From NCBI RefSeq assembly GCF_001038205.1, contig NZ_JWIZ01000003.1, positions 71,281 through 103,280 on the forward strand: 32,000 nt of DNA, in the 5' to 3' direction. Under the pieces are notes generated by a model. It saw nothing but the letters and a program-made list of their open reading frames with translations. It had not been told where the DNA came from and did not search any database. Both the position numbers and the translations under genes were made by a program. This stretch comes from Muribacter muris (GTDB lineage: Bacteria > Pseudomonadota > Gammaproteobacteria > Enterobacterales > Pasteurellaceae). This document shows, piece by piece, positions 26,208-32,000 of this stretch. Each line of letters begins with the position of its first letter. Positions within the stretch are counted from its first letter, which is position 1.

Positions 26208-27638
26208 ATGGCACAGAAATTACATATTAAAACTTGGGGCTGCCAAATGAACGAGTACGACTCGTCCAAAATGGCGGATTTACTCAACAGTACGCACGGT
26301 TTTGAACTGACCGAAAATGCCGAAGAAGCAGATGTATTATTACTGAACACCTGCTCGATTCGGGAAAAAGCCCAAGAAAAAGTATTCCACCAGCTTGGGC
26401 GTTGGAAAAATTTCAAAAAGAATAAACCGAATCTCGTGATCGGGGTCGGCGGTTGTGTGGCTTCGCAAGAAGGCGAACATATCCGCCAGCGTGCGCCCTT
26501 TGTCGATATTGTGTTTGGGCCGCAAACCTTGCACAGATTACCGGAAATGATCAATCAAATCCGTGGCGGAAAAAGCTCGGTAGTGGACATCAGTTTCCCG
26601 GAAATCGAAAAATTTGACCGCTTGCCTGAGCCTCGAGCAGAAGGGCCGACTGCCTTTGTCTCGATTATGGAAGGCTGTAATAAATATTGCTCATTCTGTG
26701 TCGTGCCTTACACGAGGGGGGAAGAGGTCAGCCGTCCGGTTGATGATATTTTATTTGAAATTGCCCAACTTGCCGAGCAAGGCGTTCGGGAGGTCAATTT
26801 GCTCGGGCAAAATGTGAATGCCTACCGTGGAGAAACTTTTGACGGCAATATTTGTACGTTTGCGGAACTCTTACGTTTGGTGGCGGCGATTGACGGTATC
26901 GACCGCTTACGTTATACCACCAGCCACCCGATTGAATTTACCGATGATATTATTGAGGTTTATCGTGATACGCCGGAGCTGGTGAGCTTCTTACACTTGC
27001 CGATTCAGAGCGGAGCGGATCGGGTTCTGACAATGATGAAACGCAACCATACAGCATTGGAGTACAAGGCGATTATCCGTAAATTACGTGAGGCTCGCCC
27101 GAATATTCAAATCAGCTCAGATTTTATTGTCGGTTTTCCGGGTGAAACGGCGGAAGATTTTGAACAGACAATGAAAATCATCGAGCAAGTGAATTTCGAT
27201 ATGAGCTTTAGCTTTATTTACTCGGCACGTCCTGGCACACCAGCGGCGGATTTGCCTGATGATGTGAGCGAAGAAGAGAAAAAAGAACGTCTTTACCGCC
27301 TGCAACAACGGATTAACCACCAAGCAATGCAGTTTAGCCGCTTAATGCTTGGCACAGAACAACGTATTTTGGTGGAGGGGCCGTCCAAAAAGGATTTGAT
27401 GGAGCTGACCGGACGCACAGAAACAAACCGTATTGTCAATTTCCAAGGGACGCCGGAGATGATCGGCAAATTTGTCGATGTCAAAATCACTGATGTTTAC
27501 ACCAACTCACTGCGGGGAGAAGTTGTGCGTACCGAAGATGAAATGGGGCTACGGGTGATTGAATCCGCCCAAAGCGTCATTAACCGCACTCGCAAAGAGG
27601 ACGAACTCGGCGTGGGTAAATATGTGGTGAATTTATAA
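26208..27638 (+). CDS. miaB: tRNA-2-methylthio-N6-dimethylallyladenosine synthase (radical SAM methylthiotransferase)
   Basis: [16 protein letters not shown]...[13 protein letters not shown]...[16 protein letters not shown] (CxxxCxxC)... plus a TRAM domain. Start uncertain between ATG 26208 (matches the E. coli N-terminus), ATG 26196 and TTG 26187. Confidence 0.95.
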   Translation: MAQKLHIKTWGCQMNEYDSSKMADLLNSTHGFELTENAEEADVLLLNTCSIREKAQEKVFHQLGRWKNFKKNKPNLVIGVGGCVASQEGEHIRQRAPFVDIVFGPQTLHRLPEMINQIRGGKSSVVDISFPEIEKFDRLPEPRAEGPTAFVSIMEGCNKYCSFCVVPYTRGEEVSRPVDDILFEIAQLAEQGVREVNLLGQNVNAYRGETFDGNICTFAELLRLVAAIDGIDRLRYTTSHPIEFTDDIIEVYRDTPELVSFLHLPIQSGADRVLTMMKRNHTALEYKAIIRKLREARPNIQISSDFIVGFPGETAEDFEQTMKIIEQVNFDMSFSFIYSARPGTPAADLPDDVSEEEKKERLYRLQQRINHQAMQFSRLMLGTEQRILVEGPSKKDLMELTGRTETNRIVNFQGTPEMIGKFVDVKITDVYTNSLRGEVVRTEDEMGLRVIESAQSVINRTRKEDELGVGKYVVNL

Positions 27639-27677
27639 TCGCTTTTGTTGTGAATGTACAAAATAGCAGAGAATGTG

Positions 27678-27707
27678 AAGGACGCCGTTTGGCGTCCTTT
27701 CTTTTTT
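27678..27707 (+). terminator. Rho-independent terminator after miaB
   Basis: aaggacgcc (27678-27686) / ggcgtcctt (27691-27699), loop gttt, then tcttttttgg. Confidence 0.85.
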
Positions 27708-27887
27708 GGTTTTATGCAGCGTAAATATGAGATCTTGAGCTTGATGAGTAAGCCTTATTTAAATGGTTCGGATACCTATCATATACACCTGTCGTTCGAT
27801 CTTATATCGGTTTTGGGGCTAATCGCAAATGGGCTAGCAACTGTCAATATAAGAACGTTTGATATTACCAAATTTTCACTTAAGAGA

Positions 27888-27920
27888 CTGCTTGTCAGCA
27901 GTTACAAGCGGGCTGTTTTG
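27888..27920. terminator. Weak hairpin built from two degenerate USS cores downstream of yeeD; possible terminator
   Basis: ctgcttgt (27888-27895) / acaagcgg (27904-27911): 8 bp including one G-U, 8-nt loop. gcTGTTTTg on the plus side and tctctt on the minus side. Confidence 0.35.
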
Positions 27921-27937
27921 GGGAAAAATATGCAAAT
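27904..27937 (+). repeat. Degenerate USS composite (core ACAAGCGGgC)
   Basis: ACAAGCGGGC TGTTTTGGGGAAAAATAT GC AAAT. Confidence 0.6.
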
Positions 27938-28188
27938 TATTTTTGAATTAAATAGCGAATGGTCGGGCCGTCTTGTTCAATCAATAGCACTTGGTAGCCG
28001 TGATTTTTGGCATCAATGGGAATAGTGTTGATCGACTGGGGGCAGTCGCTAATAATTTCTAAGATCTCACCGCTTGCAAGGGTTGGCATTACCTCAAGGG
28101 TGGCGACCGCAGGGTAAGGGCAAGGCTCGCCGGTCATATCCAGCCGGTAGGTCGGTATCATTTCGCTAGATTGGTGTTGTTCCAACAT
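27937..28188 (-). CDS. yeeD: TusA-like sulfurtransferase YeeD (TsuB)
   Basis: YRLDMTGEPCPYPAVATLEVM contains the CPxP active-site motif of the TusA/SirA family. It lies immediately downstream of yeeE. The AAGGA RBS favours ATG 28188 over 28194. Confidence 0.85.
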   Translation of the reverse strand: MLEQHQSSEMIPTYRLDMTGEPCPYPAVATLEVMPTLASGEILEIISDCPQSINTIPIDAKNHGYQVLLIEQDGPTIRYLIQK

Positions 28189-28198
28189 AATCATTTCC

Positions 28199-29386
28199 TT
28201 ATTTTGCCATACGTTTTTGTAGGATACGTTGCTCCCACCAAAGCACTAAAATGAGGGAGAGAATGAGCAGCGCATAATTTGCGACTAAGCCGCCGATTGT
28301 ACCGAGAGGATTGAGCAGATTGATTTTATCGTAATTGAGTGCAAGGTGTGGGGCAATATCGTCCCAAACCAGTGCGAGCAAGGTTGAACCGATGATATTG
28401 CCCAACCCGACCCACATATAATGCACCTGACCTTCAACGGCACGGTACATCCAGCCCGTTTCGCAGCCGCCGGCTAACACAATGCCGAAACCGAACAATA
28501 GCCCGCCGAGAATGGCATTCGGGCCTGCCCACATAATTTTCGGTTCAAGCCCAATCGCAATATAGCTATACACCCCCAGCGTGCCGACCATTACGCCATA
28601 AATAATCGCTTTGAGCATTGTGGTACGGCCGCTGATAAACAGATCCCGAAAGGCAGAGGTGAAACAGATCTGCGCCCGTTCAATCAGCAATCCGAAAGCT
28701 AAGCCGCACAACATCGCAAAGCCGAGCTTCGGCGAGTTAAACAGAGTAAACATTGCCCACGCCAAGAAGATGAAAAAGACCACCATTCCAAGCCGAAAAC
28801 GGCGTTTGGCTTTATCGGGATCTTGCCTTAATGGTTGCTGGGCATTCACCTTCACCATTTTAATCGGAATGCGGAACATTGGCAGCAGTGAGCATTTTGC
28901 CCCAAAATAACAGCCGATTGCTGAGGCAAGCGTAAATAGCCAAGCGTGGAGGGAAAATTGCGGAATACCAGTGAAAAAAGACGCCAAATTACACCCCATT
29001 GCCAAACGTGCGCCAAAGCCGGCAATGATGCCGCCAATCAAGGCTTGTACTATGCGGATTTTGTGGGCGGAACGGCGAAATTTAACATTATTCGCCCAAA
29101 GCGCGGCAGAGAGGCAGCCGGCAAACATTCCCACAATCATCAAACCGTCAATGCGGGTAAAGACCGAACCCTCTAAGCCGACCAGTTGAAAATAGCCCCA
29201 ATCGCTGACATCAATCCCGACAAATTCGAGAATCTCACCGCCCCAGCGGGTAAATTCGCCCGTAACCGCCCAATAGGTGCCGGTTAAGCCGAAATAGTAA
29301 GCAGACAGTATGCCCGCTGCAATCACCGCAGGCACAGGCTGCCAAAATTTAATCAGAAAATCGTGTTTAAAACGCTGCCAAATCAT
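28199..29386 (-). CDS. yeeE: YeeE/YedE-family inner-membrane protein (thiosulfate uptake, TsuA-like)
   Basis: 395-aa polytopic protein with the repeated cysteine-containing motifs typical of YeeE (ARLAMGCNLASFFTG, AQICFTSAFRD, LAGGCETGWMYR) and the yeeE-yeeD gene pair. Confidence 0.9.
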   Translation of the reverse strand: MIWQRFKHDFLIKFWQPVPAVIAAGILSAYYFGLTGTYWAVTGEFTRWGGEILEFVGIDVSDWGYFQLVGLEGSVFTRIDGLMIVGMFAGCLSAALWANNVKFRRSAHKIRIVQALIGGIIAGFGARLAMGCNLASFFTGIPQFSLHAWLFTLASAIGCYFGAKCSLLPMFRIPIKMVKVNAQQPLRQDPDKAKRRFRLGMVVFFIFLAWAMFTLFNSPKLGFAMLCGLAFGLLIERAQICFTSAFRDLFISGRTTMLKAIIYGVMVGTLGVYSYIAIGLEPKIMWAGPNAILGGLLFGFGIVLAGGCETGWMYRAVEGQVHYMWVGLGNIIGSTLLALVWDDIAPHLALNYDKINLLNPLGTIGGLVANYALLILSLILVLWWEQRILQKRMAK

Positions 29387-29477
29387 ACAAAGTCCTTATA
29401 AACTGATAAAAGATTGAATGAATTAAGGCAAAGTTGAGAGGTAAACTAAGTGAACAGACGGCGTGTTTTGTCATCTC

Positions 29478-29504
29478 TTTACACACAAAACCTTGCGATA
29501 TAAT
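29478..29504 (+). promoter_or_regulatory. Candidate sigma-70 promoter for ychN
   Basis: TTTACA (29478-29483), 15-nt spacer, TATAAT (29499-29504). This would give a leader of about 100 nt that contains a USS composite. Confidence 0.4.
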
Positions 29505-29560
29505 GAAATGGTTCAAAAACCGCCGTTATTCTAGCAATATCACCCCGCAAAATAAAGCGT

Positions 29561-29594
29561 GCAAGCGGTGGCTTTCTGTTAGAATTTTGCAAAA
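29561..29594 (+). repeat. USS composite in the ychN leader
   Basis: GCAAGCGGTG GCTTTCTGTTAGAATTTT GC AAAA. Confidence 0.8.
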
Positions 29595-29613
29595 TCAATG
29601 AAGAGGAAAAATG

Positions 29614-29964
29614 ATGCAAAAATTACTGTTTATTTTAAATACTGCGCCGTACGGCAATGAAACATTTTTCAGCGGCTTACGCCTTGCGTTACAAATTCAG
29701 GAATTGCAGCAGGCGGATATTCGATTGTTTTTGATGTCCGATGCCGTTAATGCCGGCTTGGCGAAACAAAATCCGAGCGAAGGCTATCACTTGCAACAAA
29801 TGCTCGAAATTCTCACCGCCCAAGGTGCATTGGTGAAATTATGCAAAACCTGCACCAACGCCCGTGGTATCACCCATTTAGCGCTGGCTGACGGTGTAGA
29901 AATCGGCACATTGGCAGAACTCGCCGACTGGACACTCTGGGCGGATAAAGTGCTGAATTTCTGA
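29614..29964 (+). CDS. ychN: DsrE/DsrF-like sulfur-relay family protein YchN
   Basis: MQKLLFILNTAPYGNETFFSGLRLAL...RLFLMSDAVNAGLAKQNPSEGYHLQQMLEILTAQGALVKLCKTCTNARGI...GTLAELADWTLWADKVLNF is collinear with E. coli YchN. GAGGA spacing favours ATG 29614. Confidence 0.85.
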   Translation: MQKLLFILNTAPYGNETFFSGLRLALQIQELQQADIRLFLMSDAVNAGLAKQNPSEGYHLQQMLEILTAQGALVKLCKTCTNARGITHLALADGVEIGTLAELADWTLWADKVLNF

Positions 29965-29980
29965 TTGGTAAAAATGATCG

Positions 29981-30019
29981 AAAACAGACCGCTCGCTTTC
30001 AACAAGCGGTCTGTTTTTT
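29981..30019. terminator. Rho-independent terminator between convergent ychN and the phosphoesterase gene; the right arm is a USS
   Basis: aaaacagaccgct (29981-29993) / agcggtctgtttt (30005-30017), 11-nt loop, T-run. ACAAGCGGTC at 30002-30011. Confidence 0.85.
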
Positions 30020-30035
30020 CAAAGAATATGCAAAA
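30002..30035 (+). repeat. USS composite downstream of ychN
   Basis: ACAAGCGGTC TGTTTTTTCAAAGAATAT GC AAAA. Confidence 0.8.
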
Positions 30036-30039
30036 TAGT

Positions 30040-32000
<1,961 letters not shown>

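Noticed and set aside
27761-27830. Possible tRNA or T-arm-like sequence (gtcgTTCGATctt) in the miaB-yeeD spacer
   Set aside because: I could not fold a cloverleaf. There is no acceptor stem, D-arm or anticodon arm pairing around it.
27654-28025. 123-aa plus-strand ORF downstream of miaB
   Set aside because: It reads straight through the strong miaB terminator hairpin (27678-27707) and has no RBS. It overlaps the 3' end of yeeD on the other strand, and its low-complexity translation matches no family.
29493-29510. TGCGA-containing sequence as a CRP-S (Sxy-dependent competence) site
   Set aside because: Only the left half-site (TGCGA) is present. The right half (GAAAT) does not resemble TCGCA. 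The sequence is better explained as the -10 region TATAAT of the ychN promoter.

Overview
This window is chromosomal DNA from a Pasteurellaceae bacterium. That call rests on the uptake signal sequence (USS): the Apl-type core ACAAGCGGT(C) occurs about 16 times, often inside terminator hairpins, as in Actinobacillus, Mannheimia and H. ducreyi. About 90% of the window is intact, densely packed housekeeping genes. In order they are tcdA(partial), lysO, dinB, htpX, a csp gene, proQ-prc, ldtD-mepK-gloC-mlaA, yidB/kdsB/epmC, ydjA, sppA, rodZ-ispG-hisS-yfgM, asd, ptsH-ptsI-crr, miaB, yeeE-yeeD, ychN, a metallophosphoesterase and nadR. Several blocks keep E. coli synteny. I saw no rRNA, tRNA, CRISPR array, IS element, integrase or recognisable defence genes. 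The one clearly accessory segment is an AT-rich stretch of about 2.8 kb (about 463-3275) between tcdA and lysO. It encodes an XRE-family regulator transcribed divergently from three cysteine-free, signal-peptide-bearing proteins that I cannot assign to any characterised system. Two of them, possibly all three, show an LPP20/FlgT-N-like sequence pattern, and one carries an in-frame 30-bp tandem repeat. This is my best candidate for something undescribed, probably an envelope or periplasmic module, but the function is inference only. The second notable signal is window-wide: the USS core is followed at a fixed 18-nt distance by a palindromic (T)TTTGCAAA(A) motif in at least nine copies. Other points are a canonical LexA box at dinB, a sigma-32-type promoter at htpX, a ProQ lacking the C-terminal domain, a yeeED/ychN sulfur-trafficking cluster, and a metallophosphoesterase translationally coupled to nadR. 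All protein identifications come from reading the translations and recalling families. No searches were run.
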